The position numbers and the translations under genes are program-made. The notes below the pieces were generated by a model. The model did not search any database and was not told the DNA's origin. It saw only the letters and a list, made by a program, of their open reading frames with translations. Of a stretch of DNA of 32,000 nucleotides, positions 7,784-16,287 are shown in pieces (position 1 is the stretch's first letter; each line of letters starts with the position of its first letter). The stretch is from the NCBI RefSeq assembly GCF_000015805.1, contig NC_009073.1, positions 1,230,001 to 1,262,000 of the forward strand, in the 5' to 3' direction. Source of the stretch: Pyrobaculum calidifontis JCM 11548. GTDB taxonomy: Archaea > Thermoproteota > Thermoprotei > Thermoproteales > Thermoproteaceae.

Positions 7784-7993
7784 ATGGGCGCCGAGCTGGA
7801 GGAGCTACTGGGCGTCCCCGTGGACCTCGTCCCCTTAGACGAGGCGCCGTCCTGGGTGAGGCTTGAGGCCCTTGCCGGGGGCCTCCCCGTGTTGGTAAAA
7901 GACTGGGCGCTGTACGCCGAGCTTTTGAAGAGGGCCATGGGCGACGCCATGGACATGGACCTCAAGCTGGGCGGTGCAGAATATGCACGATAA
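7784..7993 (+). pseudogene. Truncated nucleotidyltransferase (MNT-type) remnant
   Basis: The 69-aa ORF reads ..AELEELLGVPVDLVPLDEAPSWVRLEALAGGLPVL.., which is the C-terminal part of a minimal NTase. Another frame just upstream (7762-) reads MVGGVARDG, resembling the GSxARG motif. The catalytic DxD segment between them is missing. Confidence 0.4.
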
Positions 7994-8023
7994 AGCATTT
8001 ACTCCCCCCACTGCGCGTGGGCC

Positions 8024-8398
8024 ATGGGCGAGAGAGTTGGCATAGTGCTCGCCTCAGACGACCCAGAGAGGCTCTACGTCGCGGCGACCTACGTGGCCAC
8101 GGAGCTTGCCATGGGCAAAGAGGTGGTGATATTCGCCGCTGGGCGGTCTGTGCTGGCGCTGGCGGGCAGAGGCGGCGCCGGGGGGCCCTACTACGAGAAG
8201 ATGAGGGAGCTGAAGGTGGACTGGCACAGTCTCTTAAAGGCGTCTAAGCCCCTGGGGCTGAAGATCGTGGCATGTGAAACTGCGCTGAGGATATACGAAG
8301 TGTCGCCAGACGAGCTGGACAAAGAGCTGGTGGACGCGGTGTCCTCCATGTACACCTTCCTAGAGGAGGTGGGCAACGGCAGAGTAGTGGCCTTCTAG
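8024..8398 (+). CDS. DsrE/DsrF-like sulfur-relay family protein
   Basis: 124 aa. It reads MGERVGIVLASDDPERLY..ATELAMGKEVVIFAAG.. and ..LKIVACETAL.., showing the size and motif pattern of DsrE-like proteins. Confidence 0.7.
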   Translation: MGERVGIVLASDDPERLYVAATYVATELAMGKEVVIFAAGRSVLALAGRGGAGGPYYEKMRELKVDWHSLLKASKPLGLKIVACETALRIYEVSPDELDKELVDAVSSMYTFLEEVGNGRVVAF

Positions 8399-8571
8399 GC
8401 GGCTAGGGTCCTCAGCCTCTCCCTCAAAGCCCCAGCCGCCTTGACGAACTCCTCCACCTCCTCGGCGCCGAGGTGCCCCTCGTAGAAATTCACATACAGT
8501 TGCTCCACTGCGGCGAACAGGAGGAGGATAGACCTATCGCCGAGCTCGTTTGCAATCCTCCGAAGACAAGC
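8395..8571 (-). other. In-frame continuation of the PaREP1 gene beyond its TAG stop
   Basis: After TAG (8572-8574) the same frame reads ACLRRIANELGDRSILLLFAAVEQLYVNFYEGHLGAEEVEEFVKAAGALRERLRTLAA and ends at TAG (8395-8397). It contains the ..L(H/Y)VNFYEG.. motif that I associate with the PaREP1 C-terminal half. Confidence 0.55.
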
Positions 8572-8850
8572 CTACACCAAGTGGTGAGAGTCGTGGCGCC
8601 AGCCCCTCCTCTCTGCCACAGCCTTCACTAACTGCACCACGAAGTTCCACACCTTCTCCCCGCCCTGCCTCAGCTCCCCAGACTTCACAAGCCTCAGACC
8701 CTCCTCCCAAAACCAGTCGGAAGACCTTAGATAAAACTCAACCCTCTCCCCTGGATCAATTTCCCTCTCTACAAGCCCGTGGATGTACTCCACAGGGTCT
8801 ACGCCCGGCGCCTTTTTCCTAATCGCCTCCACTATGAACTCCGGCAACAC
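8572..8850 (-). CDS. PaREP1-family protein, N-terminal part, ending at an apparently premature TAG
   Basis: 92 aa. ..[61 protein letters not shown] resembles the Pyrobaculum PaREP1 helical family. Confidence 0.65.
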   Translation of the reverse strand: MLPEFIVEAIRKKAPGVDPVEYIHGLVEREIDPGERVEFYLRSSDWFWEEGLRLVKSGELRQGGEKVWNFVVQLVKAVAERRGWRHDSHHLV

Positions 8851-8943
8851 GCCCTAGCTACGCCCACTTTATTTTGTTTTCGCCCGCAGACCCGCGGTAC
8901 GCCACCGGCTAATTCTTTAAAAATAGAATTCGAAACGGAGGCC

Positions 8944-10107
8944 ATGAAACGGGTGGTAATAGTGGGCGGCGGGATCGCGGGATTGGCGGTGGCAAAGACG
9001 TTGATCGAGGGCGGGCTCAAGGCGGAGATCACTGTGGTGACGCAGAACCCGCACTACTTCGCAGGGCCTTCGAGGCCGCTACTGTTGACCAACGAGCAGA
9101 GCTTGGACAGAATCGTGAGAGGCTACGAAGAGGTGGCCCAGAAGGTAAAGGTGGTCGTTGGCACAGTCTACGCGGTGAACCCCGCGGAGAGGAAGGTCAA
9201 GTACGTGGGCGGCTACACCTCGCACGGCGGCATAGGGGAGCTGAGCTACGACTACCTCGTGCTTGCCCCCGGCATAGTCCTCGACGGGAGCGGGATCACT
9301 GGCTACGCCGAGAACCGGGGCAACGTGGCCAACGTATACGACCCAGGGCGCGTCTCTGTGCTTAAGAACAGGGTGTGGAACGCCGAGAAGGGCACCGTCG
9401 TCGTCTACGCCCCCAAGGCCCCCTACCGCTGTGCTCCCGCGCCCACTGAGACCGCCCTGTTGATAGACGCAGTGCTGAGGCACAGGGGTGTGAGAGACAA
9501 GTTCAAAATAATTCACATAGACGCCAACGACAAGACCCAGCCCCCGGTCATCGCAGACGTGGTGTCGCAGATATACGCCAAGGCGGGGATAGAGGTGGTT
9601 ACAAACCAGGAGATAGTCGAGATTGGGAAAAACTACGTGGTGACCAAGAGCGGCGAGAAGTATCAGTACGACATATTGGCCCTACTGGAGCCCAACAGGG
9701 CTCCCAAGTTCGTGGAAGAGGCAGGCCTCGGCAAGACCTGGATCGAGGTTAGGAGCCCACAAGACCTCCGACACCCCAAGTTCGACGACGTGCTGGCCGC
9801 AGGCGACGCCGCTGGCCTCCCATTCCCCAAGAACCAGGAAATAGCCTTTGAAAGCGCCCTCTTCGCCGCCAACAAGATACTGGAGATGGAGGGTCTCACC
9901 TACAGGGCCTCTGTCCAATACGCGTTCCTGGGCTGGGCATACGTGGGCAACCTAGAGGGCAGGCTGGAGACCTACTCCCTAATGTTCGGCTTAGACTTCA
10001 CCACGCAGCCGCCCAAGCCACAGAAGGACCCACAGCCAAAGACAGACTACACCAAGGCAAAAGACCGCTGGGAGCAGACCTACCTACGGCAACTCTTCGG
10101 TTATTAA
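8944..10107 (+). CDS. FAD-dependent pyridine nucleotide-disulfide oxidoreductase, sulfide:quinone reductase / flavocytochrome c sulfide dehydrogenase-like
   Basis: The start is trimmed to ATG 8944 ([18 protein letters not shown], a Rossmann GxGxxG). It has ..YRCAPAPTE.., resembling the Y(K/R)CPPAPYE motif of FCSD/SQR enzymes, and ..VLAAGDAAG... Confidence 0.8.
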   Translation: MKRVVIVGGGIAGLAVAKTLIEGGLKAEITVVTQNPHYFAGPSRPLLLTNEQSLDRIVRGYEEVAQKVKVVVGTVYAVNPAERKVKYVGGYTSHGGIGELSYDYLVLAPGIVLDGSGITGYAENRGNVANVYDPGRVSVLKNRVWNAEKGTVVVYAPKAPYRCAPAPTETALLIDAVLRHRGVRDKFKIIHIDANDKTQPPVIADVVSQIYAKAGIEVVTNQEIVEIGKNYVVTKSGEKYQYDILALLEPNRAPKFVEEAGLGKTWIEVRSPQDLRHPKFDDVLAAGDAAGLPFPKNQEIAFESALFAANKILEMEGLTYRASVQYAFLGWAYVGNLEGRLETYSLMFGLDFTTQPPKPQKDPQPKTDYTKAKDRWEQTYLRQLFGY

Positions 10108-10127
10108 AATAAAGACCAACACTTTTC

Positions 10128-10895
10128 GTGTCCATCTGCGAAATTTTCAACGCGCTCTCCTCAGCGCCGGGAGACGTCGCCGTCTTAGTCAAGGCCAGGG
10201 TGGGAGACAAGTGGGTGGTGGACGTGGTGGTGGATGGGAGACCAGTCCTGGGGCTCGTGCCCCGCCACGTCGCCGAGCAGCTGAGGCTTGGGCAACCCGG
10301 CGATAGGTTCGACGGCGTTGTAGACGGCGTGGAGGTACACGCCGAGGTTGTGCTCATCCGCCCGACGGTGGTGGCCGTGGGGAGAGGCGAGGTGGCGAGG
10401 CGCGTGGCAGAGGTCGCCGCCGCCATGGGCTATGCCGTGGTTTCAATAGGCCACACTGCCCGCGGCGCGTTAGAGGCCACGTTTGAGGATCTGGAGAAGT
10501 TGGTGGGGGAGCACGCGGTGGTTGTGGTGGCCAACGAGGGGGGCGATCCCTCGGACGTGGACGTGGCGGAGCTTGCCATTAGGCGTAGGGCCAGATACGT
10601 AGCCGTGATGGCCAGCCAGAGGCGGGCTGCGCTGATATTGAGAGAGCTGGAGAGGCGCGGGGTGCCCAAGGAGGAGCTGGAGAGGCGGCTCTACACGCCC
10701 GCGGGCTTAGACATAGGGGCAAAGACCGCGGGAGAAATCGCGGTGAGCATATTGGCAGAGGCGGTGGCGGCCTTGAGGGGCGGCACGGGGAGGAGCCTAA
10801 GAGAGGTGAAAAACCCGCGTAGCGTTTTAAAAGAGGTGGAGGGGGAGTCCCTGGCCAGTTACAAATGCGACTGGAGGCCCCCTAGGGGCCTGTAA
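10128..10895 (+). CDS. XdhC/CoxI family maturation factor-like protein
   Basis: 255 aa with a GTG start. ..PTVVAVGRGEVARRVAEVAAAMGY.. is Rossmann-like, and ..YTPAGLDIGAKTAGEIAVSILAE.. is typical of the XdhC C-terminus. TATA-like TTATTAAAATAAAG lies at 10101-10114. Confidence 0.7.
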   Translation: MSICEIFNALSSAPGDVAVLVKARVGDKWVVDVVVDGRPVLGLVPRHVAEQLRLGQPGDRFDGVVDGVEVHAEVVLIRPTVVAVGRGEVARRVAEVAAAMGYAVVSIGHTARGALEATFEDLEKLVGEHAVVVVANEGGDPSDVDVAELAIRRRARYVAVMASQRRAALILRELERRGVPKEELERRLYTPAGLDIGAKTAGEIAVSILAEAVAALRGGTGRSLREVKNPRSVLKEVEGESLASYKCDWRPPRGL

Positions 10896-10945
10896 AAAAC
10901 TACTGCTTTTTCTCCCCCTCCTTTTTCTCCTCTTTCTTAACCTTG
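10896..10945 (+). terminator. Oligo-T rich terminator region after xdhC-like gene
   Basis: GCTTTTTCTCCCCCTCCTTTTTCTCCTCTTTCTT follows the TAA stop directly, in the gap between the convergent genes. Confidence 0.35.
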
Positions 10946-10981
10946 CTCGGTGGCGCGCACATGGGTGGGGGGTGGACAGTA

Positions 10982-12697
10982 CTATAAAAACGTTTCTAGG
11001 AGGGCTAGGGCCGTGAAGTAGGTGGCGTAGGCGAAGGCGAGGCCGAGGAGGAGCTGCACCACGAGGGAGAGGGCGGTGAGACGCAAGCCCACTTGTCTAA
11101 TCAACATGGCGGTGGTGGCTATGCAGGCGGAGTAGAAAGCCAAGAATACCAGCAGAGCGAGGGCTGAGGGCAACGAGAGAGCGGGCAGTAGATCCACGGC
11201 GCCCAGAGCCCCCATGAAGGCCCACACCAACTCCTTGAATATGTACCCGGCAACCAGCGATGTGGTTATCTGCCAAGGTATGCCCATGGGCTCAAACGCC
11301 GCGGCCAGGGCTTGCCCAAAGACGGCAAGCCAAGAGTGGGACATGTCCACTGCAAAGCCCCCTGGGCCAAACGCGGTGAGGGGCCAGAGGGCTAGGGGGA
11401 GTAAGACTATCAGAGGCCCCGCCTTTGTTAAAAAGTCCTTGAGATAGGCCCACACCTTTAGCGCGTAGATTCTGCCGCTTGGCCACATGAGGGGAGTCGG
11501 CGGGAGGCCCTCCACCCTTGGCTCCACGCGGAGGGCTCTGCGGTAGATGAGAGAGGCAAGCAAGATCGCAACGCCGGACGCCGCGTAGGGGAGAAAAACG
11601 GCGAGGGGTATTAGGTAGGGCCTATTTGCCAACACGGCTGCCGCCACTGCGACGAAGAGGGAAAGACGCGCGGCGCAGGGGACATATGGGACAAGGAGGG
11701 CGGTCAGAACCCGGTTGCCCCGCCCCCACATCACCTTGACCGTGGAGATTGCTGGAACATTACACGTAGAGCCAACTGCCAGGCAGAGAAGTCCCCTGCC
11801 GGGGATGCCCAGAGATGCGAAACGCATCTCCAACGTTCTAGCCAAGGCGCCTATGACGCCGCTCTCCTCATAAAAAGTCACGAGGGCTACAGCGGCCACT
11901 ACGTAGGGGATGAATGTGACAAAGGCAGAGACGCCGGTCCACGCCCCGTTGACAAGCAGAGAGGTCAGCCAGGCGGGGAGGCCCAGCGCGCGGATATAGT
12001 CGGGCACGAGGTCTAGGTACGGCTCTACGAGGGGCAGTAGGCCGGGCACCTCGGCGCCCCACGGCAGTATCCCCTCCACCGCAGCTAAAAGCCCCAGCAC
12101 CGTTACGGCGGAGAGCACAATTAACAGTGTGAAAGCCGCCCACGGCCTTGAGAAAATAGCCCCCGCCAGCCTCGCGGTGGGCTTAACCGACACCTCCTCC
12201 AGCTTAACCGGCGTAGGCCCCGCCGGCGTCCAAGAGGCCAAAAACCTAGCCAACTCCTCCACCCCCCTCCTCCGCGCCGCCGAGGTGTAGAAAACCGGGA
12301 TCCCCCACTTGGCCGAGAGCTCCTCCGGCTCCGCTCCAGGCGTCCCGAGGTCTGCCATGTTGAAGACAAACACCACGGGCTTGCGGCGGCTCAAAAACTC
12401 GGCCAGAGCCAGCGCCTCCCTCATTGCATGCGGCGCCCCAACTACAACAACCGCGTCGTATTTGTCCGAGAGAGCCTCCTCAATGGCCAACTTCTCATCC
12501 TCGTCCTTGGGGTTCCACGGGTCAAAGACGCCGGGCAGATCCACCACCTCAATGCCGTACCTTCTTACATACCCCACGTTCAAATCCAGAGTCTTCCCCG
12601 GGTAATTCGCCGTTTTCACATAGCGCCCAGTCAACGCATAGAACAGCGTCGACTTCCCAACGTTCGGGGGCCCCACCAAGGCAACGCGCTTAACCAC
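10982..12697 (-). CDS. feoB: Ferrous iron transport protein B
   Basis: 571 aa. The N-terminal G domain reads VALVGPPNVGKSTLFYALTG...ANYPGKT...VDLPG, and a polytopic membrane domain follows. The start is GTG 12697. Confidence 0.9.
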   Translation of the reverse strand: MVKRVALVGPPNVGKSTLFYALTGRYVKTANYPGKTLDLNVGYVRRYGIEVVDLPGVFDPWNPKDEDEKLAIEEALSDKYDAVVVVGAPHAMREALALAEFLSRRKPVVFVFNMADLGTPGAEPEELSAKWGIPVFYTSAARRRGVEELARFLASWTPAGPTPVKLEEVSVKPTARLAGAIFSRPWAAFTLLIVLSAVTVLGLLAAVEGILPWGAEVPGLLPLVEPYLDLVPDYIRALGLPAWLTSLLVNGAWTGVSAFVTFIPYVVAAVALVTFYEESGVIGALARTLEMRFASLGIPGRGLLCLAVGSTCNVPAISTVKVMWGRGNRVLTALLVPYVPCAARLSLFVAVAAAVLANRPYLIPLAVFLPYAASGVAILLASLIYRRALRVEPRVEGLPPTPLMWPSGRIYALKVWAYLKDFLTKAGPLIVLLPLALWPLTAFGPGGFAVDMSHSWLAVFGQALAAAFEPMGIPWQITTSLVAGYIFKELVWAFMGALGAVDLLPALSLPSALALLVFLAFYSACIATTAMLIRQVGLRLTALSLVVQLLLGLAFAYATYFTALALLETFL

Positions 12698-12815
12698 GCC
12701 CCCGTTAACAATGTGAACATTTAAACTTTATCAATAAAACCATTTCCAAAACCAATTCTTACTCAAAACAAGTTAAAACAACCCCGCGCCGTCAAGCAAC
12801 AGATCGGGGAGGGGG

Positions 12816-12827
12816 ATAATTTTTAAG
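12816..12827 (+). promoter_or_regulatory. TATA-like box for the nfeD-stomatin operon
   Basis: ATAATTTTTAAG lies about 20 bp upstream of ATG 12842, within the AT-rich divergent intergenic region 12698-12835. Confidence 0.4.
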
Positions 12828-12841
12828 ACGTCTATGTGTAC

Positions 12842-14008
12842 ATGCGGCTTTTCCTCGTCGCCTTGGCGCTGGCGGCCGCCCTCAAGGCGGCGGGCGTGGT
12901 GGTCGTCTACCTCGACGGGACTGTGGACGGGACGGCGGCTTCCCTCGTCTCGGCGGCGTTGGCTGAGGCAGAGGGGAGGGGGGTGCCCCTCCTCATCGTG
13001 TTAGACACATACGGCGGATTTCTCCAGCCCACCGACCAGATAGTTGACGCCATCCTGAGGGCCCGGGTGGAGGTGTACGCCTACGTGCCCCGGGGCGGCA
13101 AGGCCATGTCCGCGGGGGCCTTTATAGCCATAGCCGCGGATAGGCTCTACATGGACCCCACCGGCGAGATAGGCGCGGCCGAGCCCAGGCCCCCCGACCC
13201 CAAGGCGGTGAACTACGCCGAGGGCCGCATGAGGGCCCTGGCCCAGAGGAAGTGGAACGACAGCCGGGTAGACGTGGCCGCGTCCTTCGTCCGCGAGAAC
13301 AGAGTGCTGACTGGGAGAGAGGCCGTGGCCCTGGGCCTCGCGGAGCCGCCCCCGCCCGGGGGATGGGAAATCGTGGCAGAGTACAAGAGGGACCCGCTCA
13401 TGAGGCTGTTAAACGCCTTGTCTGACCCGACCCTAGTCGCGCTTCTCCTCCTCCTGGGGGCCGTCCTCATTGGGTACGAGCTACTCGCGGCGGGCTTCCA
13501 GGGCGTGGGGGTGGTTGGCGCCGTGTTGCTAGTCCTCGCCCTCTACCTAGTGGGGCAACTGGGCATCGACTGGCTCGTTGCGGCGTTGGCCATCGGCGGC
13601 GCGGCGCTCATAGCCGCAGAGGTCGTGGTTGGACACGGGGCATTTGCCGCATCTGGCCTAGCCATGTTTGCGCTAGCCGTCTACCTCGCGGCGGCGAGCC
13701 AGCCCTACTACCAGGCGGGGGAGCTGGCGTACCTCCTCGCCGGGCTGGGGGCCCTAGGGGCAGTGGCGGTGGCCTACCTGGGCTACAAGGTGAGGAAGGC
13801 CCTGAGGAGGAGGCCCTCCTACTACGTGGAGGAGCTGAGGGGGGCTAGGGGGGTTGCCAAAACCGCCATTGGGCCAGGCAGGCCGGGCGTCGTCTACGCC
13901 AAGGGCGAGGAGTGGACCGCCGTGTCAGACGAGGAGGTGCCGCCGGGGGCAGAGGTGGTGATAGTGGACGTGGAGGGGCTCACGGTAAAAGTTAAAAAGG
14001 CCGGCTAA
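12842..14008 (+). CDS. NfeD-type membrane-bound ClpP-class serine protease (stomatin operon partner protein)
   Basis: It has a signal/TM segment and then ..YLDGTVDGTAASLVS.., ..LIVLDTYGGFL.. and ..GGKAMSAGAFIA.. (ClpP-like fold). Several TM helices follow, then a C-terminal NfeD OB domain (..GVVYAKGEEWTAVSDEEVPPGAEVVIVDVEGLTVKVKK). GTG 12836 is an alternative start. Confidence 0.85.
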   Translation: MRLFLVALALAAALKAAGVVVVYLDGTVDGTAASLVSAALAEAEGRGVPLLIVLDTYGGFLQPTDQIVDAILRARVEVYAYVPRGGKAMSAGAFIAIAADRLYMDPTGEIGAAEPRPPDPKAVNYAEGRMRALAQRKWNDSRVDVAASFVRENRVLTGREAVALGLAEPPPPGGWEIVAEYKRDPLMRLLNALSDPTLVALLLLLGAVLIGYELLAAGFQGVGVVGAVLLVLALYLVGQLGIDWLVAALAIGGAALIAAEVVVGHGAFAASGLAMFALAVYLAAASQPYYQAGELAYLLAGLGALGAVAVAYLGYKVRKALRRRPSYYVEELRGARGVAKTAIGPGRPGVVYAKGEEWTAVSDEEVPPGAEVVIVDVEGLTVKVKKAG

Positions 14009-14017
14009 CCGATCACC

Positions 14018-14875
14018 ATGTTTCTACAGCTCGGAACCTTAATCGCCGCGGCGGTCATCGCCATCATTATAGTGGCCATCCTCGCCTCCTCCATCCGCAT
14101 AGTGCCCGAGTACATGAGGCTCGTCGTATTCCGCCTGGGCAGGCTAATAGGCCTCAGAGGGCCCGGCCTCGTCTTCCTAATCCCCGTGATAGACCAGGCT
14201 GTGCCCATCGACTTGAGGGAGCAGGTCATCGACGTGACTAAGCAGACGTGTATAACCAAGGACAACGCCCCCGTGGACATAGACCTCCTCATATACCTAA
14301 AGGTGGTAGACCCCGAGAAGGTGGTCACCCAGGTGCAGAACTTTAGGCAAGCCGCAGTGGGCATCGCCACCACGACGCTGAGGGCCGTGGTGGGGGACAT
14401 AGAGCTAGACGAGGTGTTGGCAAAGAGGGAGTACATAAACTCGGTCCTCAGGGCCAAGCTAGACGAGGTGACGGCGCGGTGGGGGGTGAAGGTGACGGCG
14501 GTGGAGATAAGAGAGATAATCCCGCCGGCGGACGTCCAGTCGGCCATGGTCAAGCAGATAGCCGCCGAGAGGGAGAGGAGGGCCATGATAGCCCAAGCCG
14601 ACGGAGAGAGACAGGCCGCCATACTCAAGGCGGAGGGGCAGAAGCAGGCGGCGATTCTACAGGCAGAGGGGGAGAGACAGGCCGCGATACTGCGGGCAGA
14701 GGGCCAGGCAAAGGCCCTGGAGCTGGTGAACGAGGCAGCGATGAAGCTGAGCCAAAACGCCATACTCCTCCAATACCTAGACGCCCTGCGCAACATAGCC
14801 AGCTCCCCCTCCACAAAGATAGTGGTGCCCATGGAGCTACTAACGGCGCTACAGAAGGTCTTAGGCAAGGAGTGA
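14018..14875 (+). CDS. SPFH/band 7 (stomatin/prohibitin-like) protein
   Basis: 285 aa. An N-terminal TM segment is followed by ..IRIVPEYMRLVVFRLGR.., ..PGLVFLIPVIDQ.. and an AEG/QAAIL-rich coiled coil, giving a canonical stomatin. It lies 9 nt after nfeD. Confidence 0.9.
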   Translation: MFLQLGTLIAAAVIAIIIVAILASSIRIVPEYMRLVVFRLGRLIGLRGPGLVFLIPVIDQAVPIDLREQVIDVTKQTCITKDNAPVDIDLLIYLKVVDPEKVVTQVQNFRQAAVGIATTTLRAVVGDIELDEVLAKREYINSVLRAKLDEVTARWGVKVTAVEIREIIPPADVQSAMVKQIAAERERRAMIAQADGERQAAILKAEGQKQAAILQAEGERQAAILRAEGQAKALELVNEAAMKLSQNAILLQYLDALRNIASSPSTKIVVPMELLTALQKVLGKE

Positions 14876-15513
14876 CCCCCCTAGCCCTCCTCATAGCCGC
14901 CGCGGCCACCTGGACCATCAACATAGGCGGAGTGCAGGCAACGGCGACGTACACAGCCGACGTGGACTTCCACCTCGACAAAACGGTAGTGTGGATCCCC
15001 GGAGAGGAGGTGACCGCCACCTACACAGCCGCCGGGGGGAGACTCAGGCTAAACCTCACAATCCCCCAGGGCGTCCCCCTCGTGGGCGGGAGGTCTGTTT
15101 CGTACGAGCTAGAACTGCCCCCAGGCGCCGGCAACGCCGCGAGGCTAGAGCTGGCCCCCGGCGTAGAGCTGAAGATATACGCCAACGTGAAAATACGCGC
15201 CGCGACCACCGCCGCCGGCGCAGAGCCCACACGCGTAGAGGTGGACGTCCCAGGCACAGCGCGCTTCAAGGCCACCGGCGCCGCTACATTCAACACCACG
15301 TTCTACGCCGTACCCACAGTGCGGGTAGAACTCATTGCGCCAGGCATCACAGTCACCCTCGTGGAAAAGGAGCTGGACAAGAGGGCCATGGAGCCCCCAG
15401 TGGCGAAGTCCGTGGCCTACCCCACGCCCCTCTTAGCCGTGGCGACCTCTGCCGCCGTCCTCGCCTCTCTGGCCCTCTGGCGGCTGAGGAAGCGAGCTGT
15501 ACTTCGTGGCTAG
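14872..15513 (+). CDS. Secreted beta-rich protein with N-terminal signal and C-terminal TM anchor (hypothetical)
   Basis: GTG 14872 overlaps the stomatin TGA (GTGA). The protein starts MTPLALLIAAAATW.., has T/A/V-rich beta-strand-like sequence, and ends ..PTPLLAVATSAAVLASLALWRLRKRAVLRG. The 5' part of track ORF 14479.. is an R/G-rich shadow of the stomatin gene. Confidence 0.6.
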   Translation: MTPLALLIAAAATWTINIGGVQATATYTADVDFHLDKTVVWIPGEEVTATYTAAGGRLRLNLTIPQGVPLVGGRSVSYELELPPGAGNAARLELAPGVELKIYANVKIRAATTAAGAEPTRVEVDVPGTARFKATGAATFNTTFYAVPTVRVELIAPGITVTLVEKELDKRAMEPPVAKSVAYPTPLLAVATSAAVLASLALWRLRKRAVLRG

Positions 15514-16035
15514 ATGACCGACTGCCTCGACCTATTCCTTCAGCGAAAACTTCCGTATTTTTTCGCCGATCTCATTCTCTGGGCCGTTTTCCTCGTGGAG
15601 TTGCGCTGGCTCTTAGCGCTTAGGGGCAAGGGGGCAGGCACATCGGCCTTCTACATGTGGCAGTACGCTTCCATTTTTGTGCTCTTTGTAGTGCTTAGCA
15701 TATTTTCGATAATGTCAAGTGAGTTCCTTGCGTATATACGCGGGGTGACAGACTGCCTTGAGGCCTATGAGCGTGGGTTTGGTTGGATTTTTGGGCTTGG
15801 CTTTGTGGCCCCCATTTGGGGCCTGGCCATCACATCCTACGCCGCCTGCGCGGTGTTGGGGGATAAGGCGTGTAAAATCCTCATGCCCGTCCTAGTCTTA
15901 AGGACAATTGTGACTGGTCTAGCTGTATACGCCAACATAGTGTTGCTAACTCAAAACACCTCTCTTTGGCTCCTCGTGATAATTTACTATGCCTTGTTTG
16001 CCACATACTACATCATACGAACTTGGCCTCGCTGA
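15514..16035 (+). CDS. Hypothetical polytopic membrane protein
   Basis: 173 aa. ATG directly abuts the preceding TAG. It has about 5 hydrophobic helices and noticeably lower GC than its neighbours. Confidence 0.55.
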   Translation: MTDCLDLFLQRKLPYFFADLILWAVFLVELRWLLALRGKGAGTSAFYMWQYASIFVLFVVLSIFSIMSSEFLAYIRGVTDCLEAYERGFGWIFGLGFVAPIWGLAITSYAACAVLGDKACKILMPVLVLRTIVTGLAVYANIVLLTQNTSLWLLVIIYYALFATYYIIRTWPR

Positions 16036-16287
16036 CGCGTCCGTCTTACGCCGGTCCGTCCCAGGGGTAGGATCTGAGAAGTCTCCCGACGGCTCTCTTG
16101 GCGTTGACGGCTCCTCCAACACGCCGAAGTCTCCGCTTTTATACGCTTGTTGCCACTGTTACGAGGGCGGAGCGCAAAAGGCTGTAGTGAGCTGTGAAGA
16201 CGTAGATACTTAGTGCTCCCAACGGAAGGCGAAGGCAGCGTGTACTTTAAGTACATCACATTTTTAACCCACGGCCCCGAGGGAGCC

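Noticed and set aside
14570-14710. Repeated AEGxxQAAIL motif (three copies) in the stomatin gene
   Set aside because: This is a normal feature of the C-terminal coiled-coil region of SPFH/HflK-type proteins and is not a novel repeat.
14005-14868. 287-aa ORF on the - strand covering the whole stomatin gene
   Set aside because: The antisense frame of a strongly supported SPFH gene gives a low-complexity S/A/C/M-rich translation. This is the typical long shadow ORF of GC-rich DNA.
14479-14871. 5' extension of the track ORF 14479..15513 overlapping the stomatin gene
   Set aside because: The translation is G/R/E-rich low complexity in an alternate frame of stomatin. A signal-peptide-like N-terminus begins at GTG 14872, coupled to the stomatin stop.
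15511-15516. TAG followed immediately by ATG in the same frame (a possible fourth readthrough junction)
   Set aside because: The upstream protein already ends with a complete TM anchor and basic tail. The downstream gene has its own ATG and different composition. This is ordinary adjacent genes, not an interrupted one.
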